A stretch of DNA of 64,000 nucleotides from Nostoc sp. (GCA_036918135.1 JBALDB010000063.1:1-64000); one strand, 5' to 3'. Shown: positions 1 to 8,440, counted from the first letter of the stretch. The notes: generated by a model from the sequence alone, not told the origin. Translations and numbers: made by a program.

Positions 1-122
1 CCTATTTGCCTAAAAAACCCTCGATTGACATTTACCCAAAAGATTTGCCTGCACTACCTCCTACCATTTTTTAGTTCCGTCGAACTCACGTTAAGACAAA
101 AAAAGAAAGAGCAAAACGATAC

Positions 123-374
123 TTGCCATCCTTGCCTAGTGCTGCTTCAGCCGCAGACATGAATCAAGTTGAGTATTTGGGACTGTGCGATAGAACAGCC
201 GTCGAATGGAACTCCTTAAGAAATTACGAGGTGTTCAGCCTTTCGCCGGATGGTTCATTTCCCCTGATGAAAGTCAGCCGTAGCAAAGCCGTCCGCCTTG
301 CCGATCGCGACGACCTCAAACGGAACCAGAAAATACTAGATGGAGAGTGGTCGAGACAACAAATAATAGGATAA
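123..374 (+). CDS. Hypothetical protein (element cargo), possibly 5'-truncated
   Basis: 83-aa ORF with TTG start; the frame is open from position 75; co-oriented with the downstream small ORFs. Confidence 0.4.
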   Translation: MPSLPSAASAADMNQVEYLGLCDRTAVEWNSLRNYEVFSLSPDGSFPLMKVSRSKAVRLADRDDLKRNQKILDGEWSRQQIIG

Positions 375-467
375 CCGCAGAGCTTTGTGCAAACGAGTTA
401 GAGCCAAAAACCACTAGGCGAGTGTCTGGGAATGCTGATTTTTTTGTATCACTAGAAGAAAAAACCG

Positions 468-653
468 ATGAGTAAATTCCGAGTTACTCTACCTGCTAAC
501 AATGAGAATGCAGAGCAAAGTTTTGAAATGAGCAAGATTGAACTAGAAGCGCACTGGCCTAAGCAGATAGAAATGCTGACAAATTCCCCTTGCAATGCCA
601 TTGCAATTCCAAATCCTCAAGGAGGAGTGATTATCGAAAAACTCAATAGCTAA
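468..653 (+). CDS. Small hypothetical protein (element cargo)
   Basis: 61-aa ATG ORF with a purine-rich upstream region, in a co-oriented run. Confidence 0.55.
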   Translation: MSKFRVTLPANNENAEQSFEMSKIELEAHWPKQIEMLTNSPCNAIAIPNPQGGVIIEKLNS

Positions 654-658
654 TTAAA

Positions 659-687
659 GGCGATCGCGGTTGCATTACGCGACCGCC
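659..687 (+). other. GC-rich intergenic hairpin
   Basis: GGCGATCGCG-N9-CGCGACCGCC, 9 of 10 positions paired; no U-tract. Confidence 0.5.
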
Positions 688-719
688 GTCTACTATCAAG
701 TTAAAAATATCACAAACTT

Positions 720-1088
720 ATGCAAGTCAAAACTATTTCTTACAAACGAGTTCTCAACTTAGGAAATTACGAAAACAAGCATCTAGAACTGTTCTGTGAA
801 GTCTTAGAGGGAGAAGACGACGAAGAAGCAATCTCCAGATTGATGGAGAAAGTAGAGCGAAACGTTAGGGAGCCGCGAGAAAGGGAGATTGTAACTCAAA
901 TTAAAACTTTAGAGTCAACAGCTAATAATCTTCGAGAGCAAATTTCTTACCTTCAAGAAAAGTTGGGAGAACTCAAAAGCAAGGAAGAGGAGTTAACGCA
1001 ACAATCAGAAGAACCAGACCCAGATGATATCCCTTTTGAAAGCGGGGAAGCTCCTCAGATCAACAATCAAGAACTTAGCAATTTTTAG
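720..1088 (+). CDS. Phage-like hypothetical protein with coiled coil and acidic tail
   Basis: N-terminal 'SYKRVLNLGNYE' motif resembles small phage/prophage proteins; central coiled coil; acidic 'PDDIPF' segment near the C-terminus. Confidence 0.65.
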   Translation: MQVKTISYKRVLNLGNYENKHLELFCEVLEGEDDEEAISRLMEKVERNVREPREREIVTQIKTLESTANNLREQISYLQEKLGELKSKEEELTQQSEEPDPDDIPFESGEAPQINNQELSNF

Positions 1089-1096
1089 GAGGTGTA

Positions 1097-1324
1097 ATGG
1101 TTGTTGAAAAAGACGACGAATTTATTCATATCCCTAGAGATGAATATGTAATTAACGTTTTGGCGACGGGAATAGCTATACAATTCCTCTCTCAAAAAAC
1201 TGGAATACCAATTCAATCATGGAGCCAGTATCTATCAGAAAAAGCTACTGAACAATACGAGCAGCTATCCGCCAAACAAATTCAGCAAGTAATTGACATG
1301 TATGAAGCCGTAAGAAAAGCCTGA
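1097..1324 (+). CDS. Small hypothetical protein (element cargo)
   Basis: Strong RBS AGGAGG just upstream; its TGA stop (1322-1324) lies inside the hammerhead core. Confidence 0.65.
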   Translation: MVVEKDDEFIHIPRDEYVINVLATGIAIQFLSQKTGIPIQSWSQYLSEKATEQYEQLSAKQIQQVIDMYEAVRKA

Positions 1325-1399
1325 CGAGCCGGACTGACTCACCGGCGAAACGCGATGCAATAAATTGCGTCGCGTCGCGGTCTGGAGTCCAACCCAGAC
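1319..1399 (+). ncRNA. Type I hammerhead ribozyme, predicted cleavage after C1376
   Basis: Core CUGACGA 1321-1327; stem II GCCGG/CCGGC (1328-1332/1342-1346); GAAA 1347-1350; 10-bp stem III (1351-1360/1365-1374); GUC 1374-1376; short stem I GC/GC. Loop II GACUC can pair with GAGUC 1385-1389. Confidence 0.85.
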
Positions 1400-1597
1400 G
1401 TACAGCGCATACACACAGCAGCTTAGGGCTTTTAACTTGAAACAAGCTGTTTTTGGCTTTCCTACCTTCCCAAGCTCGGCTGCTGTGGTTGTGCTGTTCC
1501 CTCCCTGTGTCGCCGTCAGTTCCCGCTGACGGCTATTGCCTTGAGAGTGAATTAGGCTCAAAGGGCCTTCGGGTGATTCGCAGGCAGACATCAGGGA
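1377..1597 (+). ncRNA. Putative IS110 bridge RNA (5' hairpin, target-binding loop, donor-binding loop)
   Basis: 5' hairpin 1380-1399, then two long stems (1402-1497 and 1502-1597), each with a symmetric 12/12-13-nt internal loop capped by a hairpin. Loop segments match the junction at 3165-3177. Lies directly upstream of the IS110 recombinase. Confidence 0.8.
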
Positions 1598-1625
1598 CAT
1601 AAACTGAACCACCCAGGAGAACTGA

Positions 1626-2813
1626 ATGATTAAAATTTTGGGACTTGATGTGAGCAAGTCCTCAGTTTCGGCTTGCCTGCTAACAGAAAAACCCGAAGAC
1701 CCACGTCAATTTTATTATGAATGTCCGTTTAATTGCTTTAGCGCCAATGCTCAAGGGATTAAAGCTTTGTTAGAGCTAAAGCCGGACATTGCTCTGATGG
1801 AACCGACTGGCAGTAACTACAGTAAGCTTTGGGGTACTCATTTAGCACGAAGCGGGGTAGAGGTGCGGTTGGTCGGTCATAAAGAGTTAAAAAATTATCG
1901 GGCTAATCATCTTGCCTTGCCAGACAAGGATGATGATGCAGATTCGTTAGCCTTGGCTTGTTACTACTTCGACTACCACGCCGACCCACGGCGATTTGTC
2001 CAAATCCGCGACCTGACGATAGTTAAAATTCGAGAACTGGTGCTGAGACTGGCTCACCTCAACCGAGTGCAATCACCCATTATCAACCGTGCCCGTCAGG
2101 ATTTAGCCTGGCAGTTTCCAGAGGTAGCACTGGTACGCTCTCTGCGGGGTGAGTCTGGTGAAGTGCCTTTACTTTGGGGTTGGCTAGCTGGTGAACGCAA
2201 AAGTACGCGTTACGATCGTCTTTACGCTCAAACGGCTGGCTTGGGGATTACAGACACGGTTCGCCAACATGCAAAACGCATCTGTAATCTCCAGCGCGAA
2301 GAATACGCCATTGAGGTTGAGTTGCAAGAATTGCTTGCTGAGGTGCGGTTTCAACCTTACCGCAAGGTTTTTAAAAAGTTTGGCTTTGGCGATCGCCTCT
2401 CATCGGTGCTGATATCCCAGATTTACCCGATTGAGGGATTCCTGGATGCTGACCGTAGACCAGAGGTGAAAATCCTAAGCGGGCGAAATTCTAAAAAGCC
2501 AACTAAACGGCATCTGTCGTTACGCCGATTCCAGAAAGCGTTAGGTGCTGCCCCGTCGCTGGTGGCATCGGGTGACAGCAAGAAGACTAAAGTTGTGGGC
2601 GGTTCTGACTTATGTCGTAAAGCTTTGTGGCAGTGGGTCTACACCCGGATTGAGCCGCAGCGATCGCGATTGAAAAATGATATTGGTCAACAACTGGGGA
2701 GTCAGTTGGATGCTGAGAAAGCCGCTGGTCGTCCTGCAAAGTTGATTAGAAATCGCATTGCAGCTAAAGCCACAAGGCTACTATTTCGGGAATTAATTAA
2801 AATCTTGAGATGA
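1626..2813 (+). CDS. IS110-family recombinase/transposase (RuvC-like DEDD domain, coiled coil, Tnp domain with catalytic Ser)
   Basis: GLDVSK, MEPTG and KDDDAD supply the DEDD residues; C-terminal 'LGAAPSLVASGDSK...GG...RKALW' is the SG motif; RBS AGGAGA 1615-1620. Confidence 0.9.
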   Translation: MIKILGLDVSKSSVSACLLTEKPEDPRQFYYECPFNCFSANAQGIKALLELKPDIALMEPTGSNYSKLWGTHLARSGVEVRLVGHKELKNYRANHLALPDKDDDADSLALACYYFDYHADPRRFVQIRDLTIVKIRELVLRLAHLNRVQSPIINRARQDLAWQFPEVALVRSLRGESGEVPLLWGWLAGERKSTRYDRLYAQTAGLGITDTVRQHAKRICNLQREEYAIEVELQELLAEVRFQPYRKVFKKFGFGDRLSSVLISQIYPIEGFLDADRRPEVKILSGRNSKKPTKRHLSLRRFQKALGAAPSLVASGDSKKTKVVGGSDLCRKALWQWVYTRIEPQRSRLKNDIGQQLGSQLDAEKAAGRPAKLIRNRIAAKATRLLFRELIKILR

Positions 2814-2826
2814 CGAAAGAGGACTT

Positions 2827-3171
2827 TTGAGCAATAGCTATTTAAACATCGAGCGACTAGCAGCACTAGTCCGTAACAAACGCGGTAGCAAAGGGCTGCG
2901 CGAAATTTCGGCAGAGATTGGCAATGTCAGCCCTTCAACATTGTCAAGGGTCGAAAATGGCAGCATGCCTGACATGGAGACATTTATCGCCCTTTGCAAT
3001 TGGCTACAAATCTCACCAGGTGATTTATTCGTCAACGAGCATGAGGCATCAGAGCTAGACACTGACGAAGAAATTATACTTTTACTATTGGGTGATAAAC
3101 GGCTCCAGCCGGACACAGCTTATGCTTTGGCACAGATCATCAAAGCAACCTACCGTTATTTGTTAGAGTGA
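2827..3171 (+). CDS. XRE-family helix-turn-helix regulator
   Basis: 'LREISAEIGNVSPSTLSRVENG..PD..T...LC.WL' HTH_3 pattern; AGAGGA RBS. Confidence 0.85.
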   Translation: MSNSYLNIERLAALVRNKRGSKGLREISAEIGNVSPSTLSRVENGSMPDMETFIALCNWLQISPGDLFVNEHEASELDTDEEIILLLLGDKRLQPDTAYALAQIIKATYRYLLE

Positions 3172-3177
3172 AGGTAG
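3165..3177 (+). other. Predicted right junction (left donor - core - right target) of the IS110 element
   Basis: AGAGTGAA (3165-3172) equals RNA 1544-1551; GAAGGTAG (3170-3177) is the reverse complement of RNA 1462-1469; the two overlap at GAA. Confidence 0.75.
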
Positions 3178-4430
3178 AACTACAAGAGCAAGGGATGTAT
3201 TCTTTGAGCCACCCAAACGATTGGTCATGGCCATTCTGGGCTGCTCTCCCACTCTACCCTTATGGCAGGCGGCGGACAGTTCGCCAGGAAATACTTAAGG
3301 ATACTATCTGGACATTCGATCAGCTTCACGGCATTCTCTACACCATCGTGCCGATTCGCATGACTGTCATCAAGCTCGCTGCCGGAGGACTTCTGGTCTA
3401 TGCACCCGTTGCTCCAACAACTGAGTGTGTTCGCTTGGTTAATGAGTTGGTAGCAAAGCACGGTGAAGTTAAGTACATCTTACTGCCAACCAGTTCTGGT
3501 CTGGAGCATAAAATCTTCGTAGGCCCCTTTTCTAGACGCTTTACTCAAGCACAAGTTTTTGTTGCCCCGCACCAGTGGAGTTTCCCTTTCAAGATGCCGC
3601 TTAGTTGGCTAGGATTTCCCCAAAAACGAACTCAAGAACTCCCAGAGGACTCAAGCCTTGCTCCCTTCGCTTTGGAGTTTGACTATGCAATATTGGACAT
3701 CAACTTGGGACGAGGATCTTTTACAGAAGTTGCATTGTTTCACAAGCGATCGCGTACTCTGCTTGTAACTGATTCTATAGTTTCTGTACCAGAAGACCCG
3801 CCTCAAATTGTCCAATTAGATCCTTATCCCTTACTGTTTCATGCAAGGGACAATGCCTTTGAAGCGATCGAGGACAACGAAGACAACCGCCGCAAAGGAT
3901 GGCAACGCATTTCATTGTTTGCGCTTTACTTCCGTCCCAGTGCGCTGGAAGTTACAGCAGTGCGACAGATGTTTGGCGATGCTCTCAAAGCACCACAGCG
4001 ATCGCGAAAAACATACTTTGGTTTATTTCCTTTTCGCTGGCAAGAAACTTGGAAGCAGACATTCGATGCTCTACGAGGTCAGGGACGACCATTTGTCCCA
4101 CCGATTCTACAAATCCTCATTCTTCCCCAAGCACCAAGGCAAGTTCTCAACTGGGCTGATACAGTCGCAAGTTGGGATTTTGTGCAGATTATTTCCTGTC
4201 ACTTTGACTCGCAAATTTTGGCAAATCCGCGTCAATTTCGGCAAGCATTTGCTTTCCTTGAGAAAAATCCCTCTATTAGTAACGACTTTTCTGGAAGCGA
4301 AAACCAGCCTCTATTAGAGGAAGACTTAAGATTTATTAAGCAATTTGAAGCGGGTCTAGTTAAGCGCGGTATTGCAACGCCAGCTAAAGAGAAGCTGGAT
4401 GCACAATGCTTTGATAGCGATCGCCTGTAG
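3168..4430 (+). CDS. DUF4336 domain protein
   Basis: 'PLYPYGRRRT', 'PIRMTVIKL..GGLLVYAPVAPT', 'SGLEHK' typical of this cyanobacterial family. Confidence 0.8.
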   Translation: MKVELQEQGMYSLSHPNDWSWPFWAALPLYPYGRRRTVRQEILKDTIWTFDQLHGILYTIVPIRMTVIKLAAGGLLVYAPVAPTTECVRLVNELVAKHGEVKYILLPTSSGLEHKIFVGPFSRRFTQAQVFVAPHQWSFPFKMPLSWLGFPQKRTQELPEDSSLAPFALEFDYAILDINLGRGSFTEVALFHKRSRTLLVTDSIVSVPEDPPQIVQLDPYPLLFHARDNAFEAIEDNEDNRRKGWQRISLFALYFRPSALEVTAVRQMFGDALKAPQRSRKTYFGLFPFRWQETWKQTFDALRGQGRPFVPPILQILILPQAPRQVLNWADTVASWDFVQIISCHFDSQILANPRQFRQAFAFLEKNPSISNDFSGSENQPLLEEDLRFIKQFEAGLVKRGIATPAKEKLDAQCFDSDRL

Positions 4431-4479
4431 TTATCGCTCGGTCGCGGTAAGCTAATAGTAACTTAGATAACAAATTTAG

Positions 4480-5538
4480 GTGAAGTGGGTTATGGGCGAT
4501 CGCACCGTGACTGTGAATACTATCGCTCAAGAGTTACAGCAAGTTACTGCCGACTTACACCAAGTTAATCCTAGAGCCGGATTGCTACGTTTTAGTATCT
4601 TAGGCTTGATATTTCTCGGCTTAGTCATCTTAGCTTGGTCAGCGCCAAACGGTATTTTATTTGTGGCTGCAACAATGCTGGCGGGAGTTTTTTATAGCTT
4701 TTGGCTGATTTGTACCCATGACATGACACATCAAACCTTAACAGGTTGGAAGTGGTTCGATCCGATCGTGCCTCGGTTGATGAGTTGGCCAATGCTGTGG
4801 TCTTACAGTATCTATGCAGAAATACACCGCTTGCATCATGCCTGGAATGGCATTGACTTGCGAGATCCAGAACGAGTGCAATGGACTTGGCAAGAATACC
4901 AGCAAGCACACCCCATACTGCGTTGGTATGTAAATCATCAGTGGTTGTGCGATATTTTTATTTTCGGAGGCATGGGGCTAATTATTAAAACCTTTATTAA
5001 GGGTGTACGCTTCCAAAACTTAGTTGCTAGTATGCGGCGACAGCTACTACTGGATGTTACAGGTATGCTGTTTGTGCATAGCGTTCTATTAATGCTGGCA
5101 ATCTTTGAAGGAGAAATACTGCGCTACGTTTTATTTTGGTTAATTTTAGAACGGATAATTGGCATCATAGTGCAGACACGCGATCGCTTGGAACACTACG
5201 CGCTATGGGGGAAGTTTACCACTCACCAATTAACGCAGCTTTATGCTTGTCGTAATATTGGGACTAGTTCTCTAGTTGGCTGGTTGATGGGTGGACTAAA
5301 TTATCATGCAGTGCATCACGCCTTTCCGAATATTCCCTTTTACCAACTACCATTCGCATTTGAGCGAATTCAAAAGGTGCCACAAAAGTATAATCTGCCA
5401 CTAATGAAAGTGGAGGCAGGTTATCTTAAATCTGCATATTGGTTTAGTCGTCATCCATCATTAATTGGGGAAGTTGACTCCTCTAACACCACAAATCGTC
5501 ATCAGATGATTCCACTTATAGCAGAAGATAGAACATAG
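4480..5538 (+). CDS. Membrane fatty acid desaturase family protein
   Basis: His boxes HDMTH, HRLHH and HAVHH; transmembrane segments. Confidence 0.85.
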   Translation: MKWVMGDRTVTVNTIAQELQQVTADLHQVNPRAGLLRFSILGLIFLGLVILAWSAPNGILFVAATMLAGVFYSFWLICTHDMTHQTLTGWKWFDPIVPRLMSWPMLWSYSIYAEIHRLHHAWNGIDLRDPERVQWTWQEYQQAHPILRWYVNHQWLCDIFIFGGMGLIIKTFIKGVRFQNLVASMRRQLLLDVTGMLFVHSVLLMLAIFEGEILRYVLFWLILERIIGIIVQTRDRLEHYALWGKFTTHQLTQLYACRNIGTSSLVGWLMGGLNYHAVHHAFPNIPFYQLPFAFERIQKVPQKYNLPLMKVEAGYLKSAYWFSRHPSLIGEVDSSNTTNRHQMIPLIAEDRT

Positions 5539-5814
5539 GAGGTGAGTTAGCGCGTATAAAGGGGGTTTGGCTGATAAGTTTGGAATGCTTTCGCCTCTTC
5601 AATAGTGTGGTTAAAACAACAAAGCGATCGCTATACATTGGCGATCGTGGTTCTCAACAATGGCTTCATGTTGTCATTAATCTGATGCAGAAATCTTGCA
5701 TCTGGTTGAGATTACACCTAGACTGCTGATAAGACAGGTAGACTTGGGTGTTTGAACGCCACCCATTGCCTGACGATTGATTGCCAATTATTATCCTAAA
5801 CAAGGAGGAGCAGA

Positions 5815-6606
5815 ATGTTTATCTGCGTTATTGCAGACTACGGTACAGGAGATCCGGCATTTACTGAAGTCACGCAACGTCTTCTAATGGCTTTTCCCGA
5901 TGCCCAAATTCATTTACTTTCGGTTCCGCCATTCAGTACCTTAGCAACAGGTTTCTGGATTGCCCAATTGGGACTGAACGCAGGCCCCAGCCAGCGGCTG
6001 ATTTATCACAATTGCGCGCCTCGTCAGGACGATCCACAAGCTCGTCGGGACAACGAGGGTGAAGGACTAACTTACGCCCTTTTATCTAATGGTATAAAAG
6101 TAGTAGGTGTAAATGCGGGCTACACCCTCTCGTTCATTAAAGACCATACCAAAGAATTGCGAGTAGTCAATGTTTCTCGTGGTGGTTCGCAGTTTCGCTC
6201 GCGGGATGTGTTTCCTGTGGCGGCGGCGGCGATCGTGGCTGAAGATTTCAGCCTTTTGGGAGATAGCCTTAAAAGTGAACAAATCCCGGATGTCCCACCA
6301 GATCGAATTGCCTGGATTGATGGCTACGGCAACATCAAAACAACTATTGCCGCGCATACGCTTAACTTGCAGCCTCAAACTAAAATCGCGATCCGGATTG
6401 GAGATGTGGTCAGTGATGCAGTGTATTCTGATGGCAGTTTCAAAGTGTCTGAAGGAACTTTGGCCTTTGCTATTGGTAGTTCCGGTTGGTCAAGAGGCGA
6501 TTCAACAGAGCCATTACGCTTCTTAGAGCTATTTCTGCGAGGAGGAAGTGCTTGGGAGCGCTTTGGCCGTCCCCGTGTCAATCAGCAGGTAACTCTAGTT
6601 TCCTAA
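5815..6606 (+). CDS. SAM hydroxide adenosyltransferase / chlorinase-fluorinase family (DUF62-like)
   Basis: N-terminal 'ADYGTGD', 'FRSRDVFP' and 'WIDGYGNIKT' motifs; RBS GGAGGAG. Confidence 0.8.
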   Translation: MFICVIADYGTGDPAFTEVTQRLLMAFPDAQIHLLSVPPFSTLATGFWIAQLGLNAGPSQRLIYHNCAPRQDDPQARRDNEGEGLTYALLSNGIKVVGVNAGYTLSFIKDHTKELRVVNVSRGGSQFRSRDVFPVAAAAIVAEDFSLLGDSLKSEQIPDVPPDRIAWIDGYGNIKTTIAAHTLNLQPQTKIAIRIGDVVSDAVYSDGSFKVSEGTLAFAIGSSGWSRGDSTEPLRFLELFLRGGSAWERFGRPRVNQQVTLVS

Positions 6607-6772
6607 AGTCGGCGACGTAAGTTAAAAAAGCGTCATCTAATGTAACGTTTTTACTCGTACCAGTGTTAATAATCAACACTCCACCTATACACTACTGAGG
6701 GTGGGGCTTTTGAATGTCTTAAAGACGACAAACTTAGGAAGTAATCTTTGTATTAGTAATTATTTCGACATT

Positions 6773-6945
6773 ATATCATGTTTGGATGAATATTTGTAAT
6801 TAGGACTGACGCAAACATAAGTCACGACTCGCCGACTTGTAGCGATGTGAACTTCTCCTTCAAAGACGCTCTTAGTAGCGTTGGTTAAGAGTAGGGATAC
6901 AGGGGACGCGGAGAGTTTTAAATTATAAGTAATTAAACGAACTTA
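6773..6945. repeat. MITE-like dispersed repeat (TATCATGTCC family), degenerate copy
   Basis: 6848-6920 is closely similar to 52068-52141 (TGAACTTCTCCTTCAAAGACGCTCTT...GGGGACGC); starts with ATATCATGT. Confidence 0.6.
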
Positions 6946-6947
6946 GG

Positions 6948-8012
6948 CTACTTAGTTTTAATTTTCACAACTGCTGAGATTCCCGGAGTCAATCGAGATT
7001 CATAACCTTGAATACTAGACTCATCAAACAGAATCTTGACGGGAATTTCATGTAGTGAATTACTAGAATCTGAATTGCTCGTGAGATTATTTTGTGGCAT
7101 AGAGGCGATACTATCTACCTTGCCTTGAAACTGGTGATTACTAAAGGCTGGAACCGTAATTTTTACCTTTTGCTCTGGCTGTATTTTTTGTAACTGCTTT
7201 TCGGGAAAATAGGCAATAATCCAAGGACGTGGCTGTATTATTGATAAAAGAGTCTGCCCTGGAAGCACTTGCTGTCCGACTTGGACGTTTTTATTTCCAA
7301 CTATTCCACCGACCGCAGTTGCAATGTTAGTATAGTTCAATTCCAGTTCTGCTTTTTTTACCTCTACTTGCTTTTGAGCAAAAGTAGCTAACGCTACCTT
7401 ATATTGTTGCTCGTTTATCTTTTTTTGTTGATTAAGTGCTTGTAGTTGTAAAGTTCTTTTTCTGATAAAAGCTTGTTGTTGTATTTGAGCCTTTTTATTT
7501 TCAGGAATTGGTTGTAATGATGGAATCTCAATAGTAATTTTGGGAATTTTCTCTTGTGCCAATGCTGCTTGCTGTTTAGCTAATTCTAAAGATATTTTTG
7601 CCTGCGCCAAAGATAATTGATAGTTGCTTTTGTCAATTTTTACTAATACCATCCCTGAAGATACTACTTGATTATCATTAAATGTAATTTCAGTGACTAT
7701 TCCTGATACACGACTAGTCACAGGATTTATCTCTGCGGTAACATAAGCATTATCAGTTTCTAGCTCGGTTTGCGTGTATTGCCATTGCTTATAAGCATAA
7801 TTAGCAATATAAACTGCAATTACACTTAACAACACTCCCAATCCTGTAAGTAGTAGCAGATGCCGAACCCAAAGAAGTGATAATCTTTTCTTGAGAACAT
7901 TGTTCGATTCGTTAGAAGTGTTAGTTGGCTCCTGTTGCGATACAACGGAAGTTTCTTGTTCTGGTAATCTAGTAACGTTTTGGGAGTGCTGTAAAAAATT
8001 TTTAAGTTTCAT
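6948..8012 (-). CDS. HlyD/EmrA-type membrane fusion protein
   Basis: TM anchor, 'ETDNAYV', lipoyl-like halves, coiled coil, 'GQQVLPGQTLL'. Confidence 0.8.
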   Translation of the reverse strand: MKLKNFLQHSQNVTRLPEQETSVVSQQEPTNTSNESNNVLKKRLSLLWVRHLLLLTGLGVLLSVIAVYIANYAYKQWQYTQTELETDNAYVTAEINPVTSRVSGIVTEITFNDNQVVSSGMVLVKIDKSNYQLSLAQAKISLELAKQQAALAQEKIPKITIEIPSLQPIPENKKAQIQQQAFIRKRTLQLQALNQQKKINEQQYKVALATFAQKQVEVKKAELELNYTNIATAVGGIVGNKNVQVGQQVLPGQTLLSIIQPRPWIIAYFPEKQLQKIQPEQKVKITVPAFSNHQFQGKVDSIASMPQNNLTSNSDSSNSLHEIPVKILFDESSIQGYESRLTPGISAVVKIKTK

Positions 8013-8440
8013 GGTGATATTTATGTAAAGAAAGATTTCAGTATAAGTATTGGCACTGTTTAACTAGTCTGCTTACAGAATACGGCAAATATTAATTAAA
8101 TACATAAATTACTCTCAAAATAATTTCATCATCTCCTGCTTTAACGGCTTTCCACAGGCAACATTGGAGGCGAAAGAGATTCTTGCGGAATTTATTCTAC
8201 GGCAATCCTTTCCAGGATTCACTATCGGCTTTGTTTTAGCAAGCCCAAAACCTTATGCCACCTCTGGTTGCGATCAAAATGACTTATCGGATCTTTGGCA
8301 AGAGTCTCAGATGCTACAGAGTTTGGTGCGCTGGTTATGGTATGAAATCATCGCTACGGAGAACGCACGGGCTGCTTGAGTATAGATAAAGTTATTGATG
8401 CATAAGTATACAAATAAGAAAAGAAACTTAACATTCGTTT

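Larger units (their letters stand above)
1..3172 (+). mobile_element. Right arm of a cargo-carrying IS110/bridge-RNA element; left end lies upstream of the window
   Basis: Contains an IS110-type recombinase with an upstream structured RNA. The RNA's guide segments match a composite junction at 3165-3177. The predicted left junction AACTTGAATCACC was not seen in 1-1320. Confidence 0.7.

Noticed and set aside
402..411. 10-nt complement to RNA 1449-1458 as a guide target
   Set aside because: The RNA segment lies in a capping hairpin rather than a guide loop; a low-complexity 10-mer match is expected by chance.
1325..1625. TIGR array for a Tas-like Nop-domain protein
   Set aside because: No 36-nt periodicity; the protein keeps the IS110 catalytic Ser motif and the RNA fits a two-loop bridge architecture.
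1245..1657. Minus-strand ORFs 1245-1445 and 1265-1657
   Set aside because: Antisense to the ribozyme and bridge RNA; no protein motifs.
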